In this document: one piece after another, positions 18,601-28,343 of the stretch
Numbering within the stretch: the first letter of the stretch is position 1
Layout of the letters: the number at the start of each line of letters is the position of its first letter
NCBI GenBank assembly: GCA_900317295.1
Contig: ONGB01000002.1
Span: forward strand, 1,978-65,977
DNA length: 64,000 nucleotides
Origin: an uncultured Erysipelotrichaceae bacterium
GTDB lineage: Bacteria > Bacillota_I > Bacilli_A > RFN20 > CAG-826
Reading direction: 5' to 3'
The notes under the pieces: model-generated
Databases searched by the model: none
The model's input: the letters and a program-made list of their open reading frames with translations, nothing else
Told to the model about the DNA's origin: nothing
Position numbers and translations under genes: made by a program

Positions 18601-20003
18601 CGGAAAAGAAACCGGATGCCCTTTTCGAAGAACAATACGAATACGGCTTTAAGAACGAAGACGTATCGATTTTCTCCACGGGCAAAGGCCTAAACGAATC
18701 CGTCGTCCGCGCCATCTCGAAGGCGAAAGAGGAGCCGGAATGGATGCTGGAATTCCGCCTCAAGGCCCTGAAAGCCTTCGAAGCGATGCCGATGCCGAAA
18801 TTCGGTCCTTCCCTTGAGGGGATGGATTTCGATTCCTATACCTATTTCACCCGCGTGAGCAAAGGTGAGAGCTCTTCTTGGGAAGATATCCCCGAGACGG
18901 TGAAAAAGACCTTCCAAAAACTCGGCATCCCCGAAGCGGAGCAGAAGTTCCTCTCCGGCGTTTCCACCCAATACGAGTCGGAGGTCGTCTACCACAACAT
19001 GCTAGAGGAAGTCCGCGAAAAAGGTGTCATCTTCCTCTCTACCGAAATGGGGCTTCGCCTCTTTCCCGATATCTTTAGGAAGTATTTCGGGACGGTCATC
19101 CCGATCGCCGATAGCAAATTCAGCGCCCTCAATGGGGCCTGCTGGTCCGGCGGCACCTTCATCTATGTCCCCAAAGGCGTCCATTTGGATAAGCCTTTGC
19201 AATCCTATTTCCGCATCAATAATGAGAAGACGGGCCAATTCGAACGCACCCTCATCATCGCCGATGAAGGGGCGGACATCCATTATGTAGAAGGATGCAC
19301 GGCCCCCTTATATTCCAAGGAATCCCTCCATTCTGGCGTCGTCGAGATCGTCGTTGGGAAGAACGCCCACGTCCGTTATACGACCATTCAGAACTGGTCC
19401 ACGAACATCCTTAACCTCGTCACCCAGCGCGCCCTCGTCGAAGAAGGCGGCTTTATGGAATGGGTGGATGGCAACGTCGGGTCGATGACCACGATGAAAT
19501 ACCCCGCCTGCATCCTCAAAGGCGACCATTCCCGCGGCGCGACCATCACCATCGCGGTCGCTAACGCGGGGCAATATCAGGATTCCGGCGCCCGCATGAT
19601 CCACATCGGGAAGGACACCTCTTCCTCCATCATCTCCAAATCCGTCGTCCATAATGGAGGCACGGCCAATTTCCGCGGCACTGTCCGCATGATGGATGGG
19701 GCCACCGGGGCGAAATCCCATATCGAATGCGATACCTTGATCCTCGATGATAAATCCCGGTCGGATACTATTCCGAAGAACGAAATCCGTAACCCCGATT
19801 CCTATATCGAGCATGAAGCCACCGTTTCCAAGATCGATGAGGAGCAGCTTTTCTATCTCATGAGCCGCGGCCTCACAGAACAAGAGGCGACCCAGATGAT
19901 CGTCATGGGCTTCATCGAACCGTTCTCCAAAGAACTGCCGATGGAATACGCGGTCGAATTGAACCAGCTCATCAAGATGGATATGTCGGGGTCGGTCGGA
20001 TAG
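18597..20003 (+). CDS. sufB: Fe-S cluster assembly protein SufB
   Basis: 468 aa with typical SufB sequence (...YVEGCTAP..., ...[22 protein letters not shown]...). Confidence 0.95.
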   Translation: MTEKKPDALFEEQYEYGFKNEDVSIFSTGKGLNESVVRAISKAKEEPEWMLEFRLKALKAFEAMPMPKFGPSLEGMDFDSYTYFTRVSKGESSSWEDIPETVKKTFQKLGIPEAEQKFLSGVSTQYESEVVYHNMLEEVREKGVIFLSTEMGLRLFPDIFRKYFGTVIPIADSKFSALNGACWSGGTFIYVPKGVHLDKPLQSYFRINNEKTGQFERTLIIADEGADIHYVEGCTAPLYSKESLHSGVVEIVVGKNAHVRYTTIQNWSTNILNLVTQRALVEEGGFMEWVDGNVGSMTTMKYPACILKGDHSRGATITIAVANAGQYQDSGARMIHIGKDTSSSIISKSVVHNGGTANFRGTVRMMDGATGAKSHIECDTLILDDKSRSDTIPKNEIRNPDSYIEHEATVSKIDEEQLFYLMSRGLTEQEATQMIVMGFIEPFSKELPMEYAVELNQLIKMDMSGSVG

Positions 20004-20006
20004 AAA

Positions 20007-21884
20007 ATGGAAATGACCTATGACCTCATCGTCGTCGGCGGAGGCCACGCCGGGGTCGAAGCCTGCCACGCCGGGGCCAAGCTAGGCCTGCGGACGCTTT
20101 TGATCACGCTCAATAAGAAGATGATCGGCAATATGCCCTGCAATCCCCATATCGGCGGATCGGCCAAAGGCATCGTCGTCCGCGAAGTCGACGCGCTTGG
20201 GGGGTTGATGGGCATCGCCGCGGACCATCGCCCGCTGCAGATGAAGATGCTCAACACGGGCAAAGGACCCGGGGTGCAATGCCTCCGCTCCCAACAAGAC
20301 AAAAAAGGCTATCCCGCCTATGTTCAATCCTTACTAGAGAAAACGGAGAATCTGACCATCCTTGAAGGGGAGGTCAAAGATCTCGTTTTGGATGAAAAAC
20401 ACGTGCATGGGGTCACTCTTTTGGATGGAACGACCTTGCTTTCCAAAGCGGTCATCCTCACCACGGGAACCTATATGAATGGGCGGATCGTCTCCGGACG
20501 GGACATCCATCCCGGCGGACCCGATGGGGAGAAAGCCACGTTCGGCTTAAGCCCTGTCTTAGAAAAAATGGGCATCCCTTTGATGCGGCTAAAAACCGGC
20601 ACGCCCCCGCGGATCGCGAAGCATTCCGTGGACTTTTCCAAAATGGAAATCCAGCCTGGCTCGGAAGAGCGGTATGCCTTCTCCTACATGACGAAGGAAT
20701 TCGTCCCCGTGGAGCAGCAATTGCCTTGCTATCTCCTCTATGCAGGGCCTGAAACGATAAAAATTGTCCAAGATCACCTCGGCGAAAGCGCCTTATTCGA
20801 TGGCAGGATGACCTCGATCGGCCCGCGTTATTGTCCCTCTTTCGAATCGAAAGTCGTGCGCTTCGCGGATAAGAAACGCCACCAGCTCTTCCTCGAACCC
20901 GAATTCGAAGAAGGCGAATCGATGTATCTCCAAGGCTTCTCCACCGCGCTTCCCCACGAAGTCCAGGAGGAGATGGTCCATAGCCTTCCCGGGCTTGAAC
21001 ACGCGGAGATCCTCAAATGGGCCTACCAAATCGAATATGATTCCTTCGCCTCTTTCACCTTCGATTCTTCTTTGAAGGTCAAGGGATATGAAGGACTTTA
21101 CGTCGCCGGCCAAATCTGCGGCACCTCCGGATATGAAGAGGCCGCGGGGCTTGGCCTCGTCGCCGGGATCAACGCCTCTCGTTATATCAAGGGCTTGCCC
21201 CCTTTCGTCATGGGAAGAGACGAATCCTATATCGGGGTGATGATCGATGACTTGGTCACCAAAGGGGTGGATGAGCCCTATCGTCTGCTATCTTCCCGCG
21301 CCGAATACCGTTTGTTGCTCCGTCACGATAACGCGGATGCCCGCCTGACCGAAAAGGGTTACCAAATCGGCTTGGTCGACGAAGAAAGACATGAGGCTTT
21401 CTTAGAAAAATACGCGCGGATGCAAGAGATCATCGATATCTTGGGCCGCGAGAATATCCCTGATCGCGTGGGCTTAAACGCCTACTTGGAAGAGATGGGC
21501 TACCCATCGACCACGGAAGGGATCAAGGGCTTGGCCTTATTGAAACGCCCGCATTTCGAGTATCGGAGGATCCGCCCCTTGATGGGGGATCTGATTCCTT
21601 TTGAACTCGATGACGAATCGATCCTCGCCTTGGAGACCAAAGTCAAATACGAAGGGTATCTGGCCAAGGAAGAAAAGGAAGCCGCTTCTTTGAAGAAACA
21701 AGAAAAAGTGGCGCTTCCCGGCGACCTCGATTATCTTCATATGGATGGGCTCCGTTTGGAGGCGAGGCAAAAACTCGACAAAGTCCGCCCCGAGAACGTC
21801 GGGCAGGCTTCCCGCATCCCCGGGGTCAACCCCGCGGACATCTCCATCCTCTTATTGAATCTTAGGAAAGGCAAAAAAGCATGA
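20007..21884 (+). CDS. mnmG: tRNA uridine-5-carboxymethylaminomethyl modification enzyme MnmG (GidA)
   Basis: FAD motif YDLIVVGGGHAG, 625 aa, followed by rsmG. Confidence 0.95.
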   Translation: MEMTYDLIVVGGGHAGVEACHAGAKLGLRTLLITLNKKMIGNMPCNPHIGGSAKGIVVREVDALGGLMGIAADHRPLQMKMLNTGKGPGVQCLRSQQDKKGYPAYVQSLLEKTENLTILEGEVKDLVLDEKHVHGVTLLDGTTLLSKAVILTTGTYMNGRIVSGRDIHPGGPDGEKATFGLSPVLEKMGIPLMRLKTGTPPRIAKHSVDFSKMEIQPGSEERYAFSYMTKEFVPVEQQLPCYLLYAGPETIKIVQDHLGESALFDGRMTSIGPRYCPSFESKVVRFADKKRHQLFLEPEFEEGESMYLQGFSTALPHEVQEEMVHSLPGLEHAEILKWAYQIEYDSFASFTFDSSLKVKGYEGLYVAGQICGTSGYEEAAGLGLVAGINASRYIKGLPPFVMGRDESYIGVMIDDLVTKGVDEPYRLLSSRAEYRLLLRHDNADARLTEKGYQIGLVDEERHEAFLEKYARMQEIIDILGRENIPDRVGLNAYLEEMGYPSTTEGIKGLALLKRPHFEYRRIRPLMGDLIPFELDDESILALETKVKYEGYLAKEEKEAASLKKQEKVALPGDLDYLHMDGLRLEARQKLDKVRPENVGQASRIPGVNPADISILLLNLRKGKKA

Positions 21885-22579
21885 CGCTAGAAGAGTTCCG
21901 TCTCGCCCTACAGGCCAAAGGCCTATCTTTGAACGCGGAGAAACTCGCCAAGTTCAAGGAATACGCCCGCCTCCTAAAGGAATGGAATGAGAAGATCAAC
22001 CTCACCAGCATCGTCGAGGAAGAAGAGGTCATCGAAAAGCATTTCCTCGATTCCGCTTTGCCGTTTTTGGGCTTCGATTTGAAGGGCAAGAAAGTGCTCG
22101 ACATCGGCTCTGGCGCGGGGTTCCCCGGCATGGTCATCGCTTTGCTTTTCGACGAGGCGGAAGTTCACCTCTTAGACGCGACGAAGAAGAAGTTCCTTTT
22201 CCTGGAAGAAGTGCAAAAAACCCTTCAAATCCCCAACGTTTTTTTCGAAGTTGGACGCGTTGAGGAAAGAAAAGACCTCCGCGAATCCTTCGATTTCGTC
22301 ACCGCTCGCGGCTTCGCGGCCACTCGGATTTTCCTCGAGGTCGGCGCTCCCTTATGCAAGGTGAAGGGCACCCTTCTAGCGATGAAGTCCCGCCGCGGGG
22401 AAGAAGAATACGCCGAAGCCCGCTCGGCGATGAAAAAACTCGGGCTCATTTTGGAAGACATCAAATCCTATGAACTCCCCTCGGGCGAGGTGAGGAACAA
22501 TTATCGTTTCGGCAAGGCCAAACCCACCGATCCCCGCTATCCCAGGGATTGGGCCACGATCATGAGAAAGCCTCTTTGA
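21881..22579 (+). CDS. rsmG: 16S rRNA (guanine527-N7)-methyltransferase RsmG (GidB)
   Basis: SAM motif VLDIGSGAGFPG and N-terminal ...WNEKINLTSI.... ATGA overlap with mnmG. Confidence 0.92.
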   Translation: MTLEEFRLALQAKGLSLNAEKLAKFKEYARLLKEWNEKINLTSIVEEEEVIEKHFLDSALPFLGFDLKGKKVLDIGSGAGFPGMVIALLFDEAEVHLLDATKKKFLFLEEVQKTLQIPNVFFEVGRVEERKDLRESFDFVTARGFAATRIFLEVGAPLCKVKGTLLAMKSRRGEEEYAEARSAMKKLGLILEDIKSYELPSGEVRNNYRFGKAKPTDPRYPRDWATIMRKPL

Positions 22580-22623
22580 GGCCGTGGGTTTGAAAGTTCC
22601 GCGGAAGGTTTAAAATAAACGCC

Positions 22624-23397
22624 ATGACCAGGATTATCGCTATCGCCAACCAAAAAGGGGGCGTTGGGAAAACGACGACTGCCATCAACCTTTCGGCCGC
22701 GCTTTCGCATTTGGGAAAGAAGGTCCTGCTCATCGACATGGACCCGCAAGGCAACGCCGGGCGGGGTTTGGGCGTCGATACCACGATGGCGGAGAAGACG
22801 ATCCACGAAGTCCTCACCGGCCGTTCCCCGATCCAAGAAGCCGTTTCCTCGACTTTTTTCGATGGCTTGCGGATTATCCCGTCGAACCTTAGGCTCGCCT
22901 CTTTGGAAGCCTCGTTATATGCCAATCCGCAAAGCGAACCCTTTTCTTTATTAAAGGAAGCCTTGGCCCCAATCCGCGGATCTTATGATTTCATCATCAT
23001 CGATTGCCCGCCTTCCCTCGGGGTGCTTAATCTGAACGCCTTGGTGGCCTCTGACGCCATCTTGATTCCTATTCAGTGCGAATACTTCGCGATGGAAGCG
23101 GTGGCGGCGATGCTTTCTTCCGTCTCCAATATTCAGAATTCCTTGAACCCGGATCTCAAAATCGAGGGGTTCCTCCTCACGATGTATGATCCGAAGAACC
23201 CCGTCGGCGGGGAAATCAGCAACGAAGTCCGCCGCCTGTTCCGCGAGAATACCTTCTCCACGGTGATCCCGCGTAACCAAAGCGTCTCCGAATCGCAGGC
23301 CAGACAACTCCCCGTCACCTCCTTCCGTCCCACTTCGCAGGGGGCATACGCCTATTTCGCGCTGGCGAAGGAATTGCTCGAACATGCGCAAGAGTAA
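22624..23397 (+). CDS. parA: Chromosome partitioning ATPase ParA/Soj
   Basis: Deviant Walker A IAIANQKGGVGKTTT with ...DMDPQGN... and ...IIIDCPPSLG.... Confidence 0.93.
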   Translation: MTRIIAIANQKGGVGKTTTAINLSAALSHLGKKVLLIDMDPQGNAGRGLGVDTTMAEKTIHEVLTGRSPIQEAVSSTFFDGLRIIPSNLRLASLEASLYANPQSEPFSLLKEALAPIRGSYDFIIIDCPPSLGVLNLNALVASDAILIPIQCEYFAMEAVAAMLSSVSNIQNSLNPDLKIEGFLLTMYDPKNPVGGEISNEVRRLFRENTFSTVIPRNQSVSESQARQLPVTSFRPTSQGAYAYFALAKELLEHAQE

Positions 23398-24229
23398 GAA
23401 AACCGCGATCATCCCCAAGGGATCGCTCAATGAGCTCTTGGAGAAATTCTCCCAAGAGAACGTCATCGCCGTTATCGAAAAAGAATATCAAAGCGCCCCC
23501 TCGCGCTTGATTTGGATGTCGCTCATCGACGATTCGGAAGTCGTCAGCGAGGTCGTCTATCCCCAAGAGACGATTGATGACTTCGCCCAAGGGCTAAAGG
23601 AAAAGGGCATCTATAACCCGTTGGTCGTCCGTCCGAAAGAAGATGGGCGTTATGAATTGATCCTCGGCAGGAAGAGGTATTTTGGCGCCAAGAAGGCCGG
23701 CATCCTTTCCCTTCCCTGCGCGATCAGCCACGTCGGGGACGAGGAAATGCTATTGATGCTGCTCGCGGACGCCCGCGACCAAAAGCACGCCAACGTCGTC
23801 GAGATGGCCTTGGTCTGCCAAGCGCTATCCGAGCGTTTCCACTATACGCAGAAGACCCTCGCGGAACTCTCCCATCAAAGCCGTTGCCAGATCACGAACA
23901 TCATGCGCATCCTGAAGCTCCCTTTGGAACTCCGTCAGCAGATTGAAGTTGGCAATCTTAGCTATGGCGTCGGCAAGGCGATCGCAAGCCTTCCCGAGGA
24001 ACAGATGAAGGAAGTCGCGGAGCTTGCGATGGCCCGTTCCTTATCCGTCCGCGAAGTCGAAAACTATGTGAAATCCCAATCGCTTTCCTCTTTTGGGGCC
24101 ACGGCGATCGAAGAGGAATTGTCGCTCCGCTTCCATGGTCAGGTGCGGCTCAAAAAGAAAGCGATCACCATCTCCTTCGATGACGAAGAGAAGAAAAACG
24201 CCTTCTTGGAATCGCTACTAGAAGGCTAA
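23384..24229 (+). CDS. parB: ParB/Spo0J-family partition protein
   Basis: ParB-box region ...NPLVVRPKEDGRYELILGRKRYFGAKKAG... and an HTH (QKTLAELSHQSRCQITNIMRIL). Overlaps the parA end by 14 nt. Confidence 0.85.
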   Translation: MRKSKKTAIIPKGSLNELLEKFSQENVIAVIEKEYQSAPSRLIWMSLIDDSEVVSEVVYPQETIDDFAQGLKEKGIYNPLVVRPKEDGRYELILGRKRYFGAKKAGILSLPCAISHVGDEEMLLMLLADARDQKHANVVEMALVCQALSERFHYTQKTLAELSHQSRCQITNIMRILKLPLELRQQIEVGNLSYGVGKAIASLPEEQMKEVAELAMARSLSVREVENYVKSQSLSSFGATAIEEELSLRFHGQVRLKKKAITISFDDEEKKNAFLESLLEG

Positions 24230-24233
24230 TTGG

Positions 24234-24261
24234 TTTACATCTGCTTTGCTTCTTCTATAAT
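24234..24261 (+). promoter_or_regulatory. Putative promoter driving the FMN riboswitch and ribU
   Basis: TTTACA, a 16-nt spacer, then TATAAT. The predicted transcription start falls at the first nucleotides of the aptamer. Confidence 0.6.
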
Positions 24262-24265
24262 TTAC

Positions 24266-24425
24266 TCGCTTCAGGGTGACGAGAATTACGTCAACTGGCG
24301 GTATAGCCCGCGAGCCCTTAAAGGGCATGATTCGGTGAGACTCCGAAGCCAACGGTACAGTCCGGATGGAAGAAAGCGCCTTTTGAAAGATAGGCCTCTG
24401 GAGCATTTCCGGAGGTTTTTGTTTC
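24266..24425 (+). promoter_or_regulatory. FMN riboswitch (RFN element) with terminator expression platform
   Basis: Conserved RFN core: CTTCAGGGTGA...GGCGGTATAGCCCGCGAGCC...GGTGAGACTCCGAAGCCAACGGTACAGTCCGGATGGAAGAA. It is followed by hairpin CCTCTGGA / TCCGGAGG (24395-24415) and TTTTTGTTTC. The 3' arm contains GGAGG, the only SD for ribU. Confidence 0.9.
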
Positions 24426-25127
24426 ATGGATCTACGCAGCATCATCGCGCTTGTGCTCTTCTTCGCCCTCTTTGTGGGGACGATCGTGCTTTACGCCGGC
24501 TACCACAAGGGCGAATATCACTTCAATCCCGTTCGCTTCATCACCCGCGTCGCGATGTTCGGGGCGATGTCGACGATTCTTTACGCCGTCCCGGTGTTCA
24601 AATTCTCCTTGCCTTTCTTCCCGTCTTTCCTAGAAATCCATTTCGACGAGGTCCCGGCTTTCATCTGCGGCTTCGCTTATGGGCCATTGGCCGGCCTTGC
24701 CGTCGTGCTGGTGAAGACGCTCGTCAAATTGGCGTTGGTCGGGACCAACACGATGCTCGTCGGGGAAGCCTGCGACCTTGTTTTGTCCTCGGTCTATATC
24801 TTCATCGCCGCCTTCGTCTATAAGAAAATCCGCAACCTCAAAGGGGTGGCCATCGGACTTAGCATCGCCACAGCGGTCCAAGTCTTCGTCGCCATGCTCT
24901 CCAACGTCTTCGTCATGATTCCCTTCTACATGATGGTGATGAACTACCCTGAGGCCTTGCTCCTTCAATTGATGCAGAAGGCGATGCCCTTCATCACCGA
25001 CGTGAAGTGGAGCTATGCCGTGGCGGCGGTGCTGCCATTTAACCTTCTCAAGGACGCTTTGGTCATCGTCATTACCTTCATCGTCTATCACTACATCCAT
25101 CGCTTCCTGCGGATGAAAAAAGCGTGA
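24426..25127 (+). CDS. ribU: ECF-transporter S component, riboflavin-specific (RibU-like)
   Basis: Polytopic membrane protein (about 6 TM) directly controlled by the FMN riboswitch. At 233 aa it is somewhat longer than typical RibU. Confidence 0.75.
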   Translation: MDLRSIIALVLFFALFVGTIVLYAGYHKGEYHFNPVRFITRVAMFGAMSTILYAVPVFKFSLPFFPSFLEIHFDEVPAFICGFAYGPLAGLAVVLVKTLVKLALVGTNTMLVGEACDLVLSSVYIFIAAFVYKKIRNLKGVAIGLSIATAVQVFVAMLSNVFVMIPFYMMVMNYPEALLLQLMQKAMPFITDVKWSYAVAAVLPFNLLKDALVIVITFIVYHYIHRFLRMKKA

Positions 25128-25171
25128 TTTCTCACGCGAAAACTATACGATTTCCCAAGCGGAATCGCTTT

Positions 25172-26044
25172 TTATTTGCTTTTCTTCGGCCCGCGGAGGG
25201 AATAGATTCTCAGGGCGTTATGGATGCAGATGACGTGCAGGTCGCCCAAAGGGCCAGCCTCGCCGTCTAGGCACCAGGGCATGTCGTGATCGGTGTGGAT
25301 ATAGATGTCCTTGGCGACGATTTTCTTGATGTGGTGGCGACGGAAGAGGAATTGTCCTAAGCCATTCCAAATGCCGGGTTTAGAAAGATAGAGGTCCATC
25401 TTCCCGTCGAAGATGTTCCCACGGTCATTGACCAAGAAGCCTCCGACGTGCTTGCCGTTAAGGAGCAAAACAAAAGGCACATCCTGTTCGTATTCGATGC
25501 CGTCGGCGACGATCTTCGCGTGGACTTTCTTGAATTGGGTGAGCTCTTTTAACGCGATGTTGTAATAAGCAAGCCTCCCCAAAAGTTTCTTTTGCTTCCT
25601 GGGGGTGATGTAAGGGATGTCGGCGTATTGCCCGACCCCGGCCACATAGGCGAAATAGCCATAGCCATCGGCCTTCATGATGTCGAAGGGAGTGGGGGTG
25701 CCTTTGAGGATGACCTTAAGAGCGCTTCTATAAGATGGGCGAATGCCGAAGTTATGCCCAATGTCCCCGATGGTGCCGTTATTGATATAACCGAGGATCG
25801 GGGTGTTTTCTTGCTCTGCGAGGGCGTTGACGATGTTGGTGAAGGTGCCGTCGCCCCCGGCGACGATAAGCGCGTCATAGTTCCCGCAGGCGGCGATGGC
25901 CAGTTCACGACCCTCTTCGGCCGTCTTGGTGACGCGTTCGTCAATGATATCGAATTTCTTTTGCAAACCGCGGAGGATTTGGGCGTGATGGAGCTCCATT
26001 TGGCCGTGGCCAGAGGAACGGGAATACATAAGAAGGGCTTTCAT
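25172..26044 (-). CDS. Diacylglycerol kinase-family lipid kinase (DagK/YegS-like)
   Basis: DAGK catalytic-domain motif ...LIVAGGDGTFTNIVN... and ...NNGTIGDIG.... The start is uncertain: I chose MKALLMYSRSSG, and the ORF extends to 26083. Confidence 0.8.
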   Translation of the reverse strand: MKALLMYSRSSGHGQMELHHAQILRGLQKKFDIIDERVTKTAEEGRELAIAACGNYDALIVAGGDGTFTNIVNALAEQENTPILGYINNGTIGDIGHNFGIRPSYRSALKVILKGTPTPFDIMKADGYGYFAYVAGVGQYADIPYITPRKQKKLLGRLAYYNIALKELTQFKKVHAKIVADGIEYEQDVPFVLLLNGKHVGGFLVNDRGNIFDGKMDLYLSKPGIWNGLGQFLFRRHHIKKIVAKDIYIHTDHDMPWCLDGEAGPLGDLHVICIHNALRIYSLRGPKKSK

Positions 26045-26082
26045 AAACGGTTGAATTATCCCCATATCGCTATGCGAAGGCA

Positions 26083-26110
26083 ATAAAAAAGCCCAGCTTA
26101 GGCCGGGCTT
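26083..26110 (-). terminator. Rho-independent terminator of the ferredoxin gene
   Basis: The minus strand reads AAGCCCGG-CCTAAG-CTGGGCTT followed by TTTTTTATTG. Confidence 0.7.
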
Positions 26111-26122
26111 CGTGAATCGGGC

Positions 26123-26302
26123 TTAGTCCTCGCTGATAGCCTGGACCGGGCAGCTCGCGATCGCGTCGGCGACATCTTCTTCGGCGCCGTCACCGATGCA
26201 TTCGGCTTTGCCGTCATCAGCGAAGGTGAAGAGGTCGGCGTGGGCGCCGCAGCAAAGACCGCAACCAATGCAGAGATCCTTGTCAACTTTAGCTTTTGCC
26301 AT
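26123..26302 (-). CDS. Small [4Fe-4S]/[3Fe-4S]-type ferredoxin (59 aa)
   Basis: MAKAKVDKDLCIGCGLCCGAHADLF...IASCPVQAISED carries CxxCxxC...CP. GGAGG lies 8 nt upstream of the ATG at 26302. Confidence 0.88.
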   Translation of the reverse strand: MAKAKVDKDLCIGCGLCCGAHADLFTFADDGKAECIGDGAEEDVADAIASCPVQAISED

Positions 26303-26326
26303 ATTCGTTTCCTCCAAATCCTCGCC

Positions 26327-26356
26327 ATTATAGTGCCGAAGGGGAAGTTTTTTCAA
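26327..26356 (-). promoter_or_regulatory. Putative SigA-type promoter of the ferredoxin gene
   Basis: The minus strand reads TTGAAA, an 18-nt spacer, then TATAAT. Confidence 0.55.
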
Positions 26357-26471
26357 TGGGTGGAGGGGGAATCCATTTCACCCTGGGAGCTTCGCCTTGC
26401 AAATATATCTAGGGGGATTGCGCAAATATGTCGTGCCGATATACTGCATTCGCTAACACTAGGTGAGAAAA

Positions 26472-27908
26472 ATGAAAAAGAAGCAGCTTATCGCCATTTC
26501 GTTCTTGGTCCTGTTGGCAAGTTGCCAAAGTTCTGGAACAACAAGCAAATACGACGGGAAAGCCGTTTTGCGGGAATTGGAATCGAAGAAGAGACTATTT
26601 GTCTTTTCCTCAAGGGAAAAAGACAACGCGGACACGATCACCGATGAAAAGGGACGTGTCCTGGCACAAGGCGACGGCGCTTTGCTAGGCGATGACGAAG
26701 CCACCATCATTAGAGATGGTGTTTCTTACCTCTATGACGGTTCGGAGTTAAAGAGACAGGACTTCGCTTTCCTTTCGCCAAATTATGGAGGCATCCGTTT
26801 CTACAAAGACTCCGCCGACGGCCTCTATGGAATCGCCGACAGAAAAAAGGCATCTTTGCTTTCGCCAACATACAGTCACATCGAATGGATGTCAGAAGGG
26901 CATTATCTTGCGAAGGCCGCTGACGGCTTTTATTACGGAGGAAGTTCTTCTGAAAGGCATCTCATCGAAGCGACCGATGTAGATCGTTTGCTGTCCTATT
27001 CTTCTGGGGCGGCCGTGTTTGAACTCTCCGACGGGTCTTATCAAGCCTTCTCCAGCGATGGAGCGCCTTTGTTCCCCTCCCCGTTTGCCGCCTATTCGGT
27101 CTTGGACAATCTTCTCTTCGCCCAAAACGCCGGCGTTTATGACATCGATGCTCAACGGACTTACGCCATTAACGTGGAGAGTGTCGCTTCTTCAAATGTT
27201 ATCGGTCGAACCGGAGATGTTTATGCCGTGAAGGAAAACAATGTTTGGAAGGCTTATCACCAGGATGAACTCCTTTCCCTGCCCGAAGGCGTAGAGATTT
27301 GGGGTTGTTTGCAGCGGTCCCTCTTTGTTCAAACCGGCGAATCGTTAAGCGCTTTCCGTTCGGACGGAAAAACAACCCAATTCAAAAACTGGTCCCTCAG
27401 CAGCAGTCTCTCCATCGATTATAACGGGGACGCGGCCATCTACAGCGGCACCGACGGGAAGCAATATCTATATAACGACGAGAAAAACAAGCTGTTTGCC
27501 TATGGTTTTGATTCCCTGATTATCCCGGGCCTCAGTTTTTATCCGAACACGCCGTTCCTATACACAAAAGGGGACGTGTCGGGTCTTTTGAACAAAGACG
27601 GCGTCGACCTATTCCGGGTGAAGCTCGGGAATGGTGAATATTTAAGGCCGGTGGAGTTCGGTGCGGTGATCCAAAGCAATACCTCGATAAAGGTTTATGG
27701 GCCCGTTTTCGATAAACTGGTTTTCCAAAAGGAGGGGGGATACGGTTTGCCGGATATCCAGGGTTTCCTCCTCGGTTTCAGGAAAGGGACGGAAAACCTC
27801 TATGTATCCATGCTAGGCGACGTGATCTATGAAGGCACGGGGACCCTGCGTCAAGCTTCCTATCAAGGATCGCCCACCAATTATCACGTTACTCATAGCT
27901 CTTTCTAA
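26472..27908 (+). CDS. Lipoprotein with repeated beta-rich (WG-like) modules, function unknown
   Basis: Signal peptide plus lipobox MKKKQLIAISFLVLLASC with AGGTGAG upstream. Contains repeats of the type ...DGLYGIADRKKASLLSPTYSHIEWMSEGHYLAK.... The family assignment is tentative. Confidence 0.65.
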   Translation: MKKKQLIAISFLVLLASCQSSGTTSKYDGKAVLRELESKKRLFVFSSREKDNADTITDEKGRVLAQGDGALLGDDEATIIRDGVSYLYDGSELKRQDFAFLSPNYGGIRFYKDSADGLYGIADRKKASLLSPTYSHIEWMSEGHYLAKAADGFYYGGSSSERHLIEATDVDRLLSYSSGAAVFELSDGSYQAFSSDGAPLFPSPFAAYSVLDNLLFAQNAGVYDIDAQRTYAINVESVASSNVIGRTGDVYAVKENNVWKAYHQDELLSLPEGVEIWGCLQRSLFVQTGESLSAFRSDGKTTQFKNWSLSSSLSIDYNGDAAIYSGTDGKQYLYNDEKNKLFAYGFDSLIIPGLSFYPNTPFLYTKGDVSGLLNKDGVDLFRVKLGNGEYLRPVEFGAVIQSNTSIKVYGPVFDKLVFQKEGGYGLPDIQGFLLGFRKGTENLYVSMLGDVIYEGTGTLRQASYQGSPTNYHVTHSSF

Positions 27909-28053
27909 TAAACCTGCCTCATAGTGGAAGCCGGCACGACTAGATCCCGTAATCTGTGCTCCTTCTCCCCCATTGGATAATCAACGATTTTCTTTCTGGA
28001 CCATTGTGCGCGCCCTTTCCCCGCTCGCGGAGTTTCGGTAGAATAAGCGAGAT

Positions 28054-28341
28054 ATGGAAACGAGGATGGAGCGTTACGCGAAATACCGGGAAAAGATTTC
28101 CCAGACGGCCGAAGAAGATTTTCAGCCCGACGGCGTTCCCGTCGGCAACCGCGAGGTCTCCAAAGAAGAAGTGGATTCCTATGTCGCCAACGACCTCAGC
28201 CAAGAAGAAATCGCCAACGGCGGCCCGAACAAAGCCTATTTGAATCGCCGCCGCGCCACTTACATCGCCCAATTGATCGTTGGAGTGCTTTTATTCGTCG
28301 CGCTCCTTGTGTTCGGAATCCTGATTTTTGGGAGGCATTGA
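28054..28341 (+). CDS. Small C-terminally membrane-anchored protein, unknown function
   Basis: 95 aa with a charged N-terminal half and one C-terminal TM segment (YIAQLIVGVLLFVALLVFGILIFG). Its stop lies 2 nt before the cmk ATG. The start is uncertain (28054 or 28066). Confidence 0.5.
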   Translation: METRMERYAKYREKISQTAEEDFQPDGVPVGNREVSKEEVDSYVANDLSQEEIANGGPNKAYLNRRRATYIAQLIVGVLLFVALLVFGILIFGRH

Positions 28342-28343
28342 TC

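Noticed and set aside
22580-24260. A parS site (TGTTNCACGTGAAACA-like) in or near parA-parB
   Set aside because: I found no 16-bp match by eye in or around parAB, or in a scan for CACGTG and GTGAAAC cores. The only CACGTG lies inside the 10812-10846 terminator. A proper pattern search is needed before concluding that parS is absent.
24230-24823. A 197-aa Arg-rich ORF spanning the FMN riboswitch and the 5' part of ribU
   Set aside because: It overlaps a clear riboswitch and is out of frame with a bona fide membrane protein. Its composition is typical of an off-frame translation.
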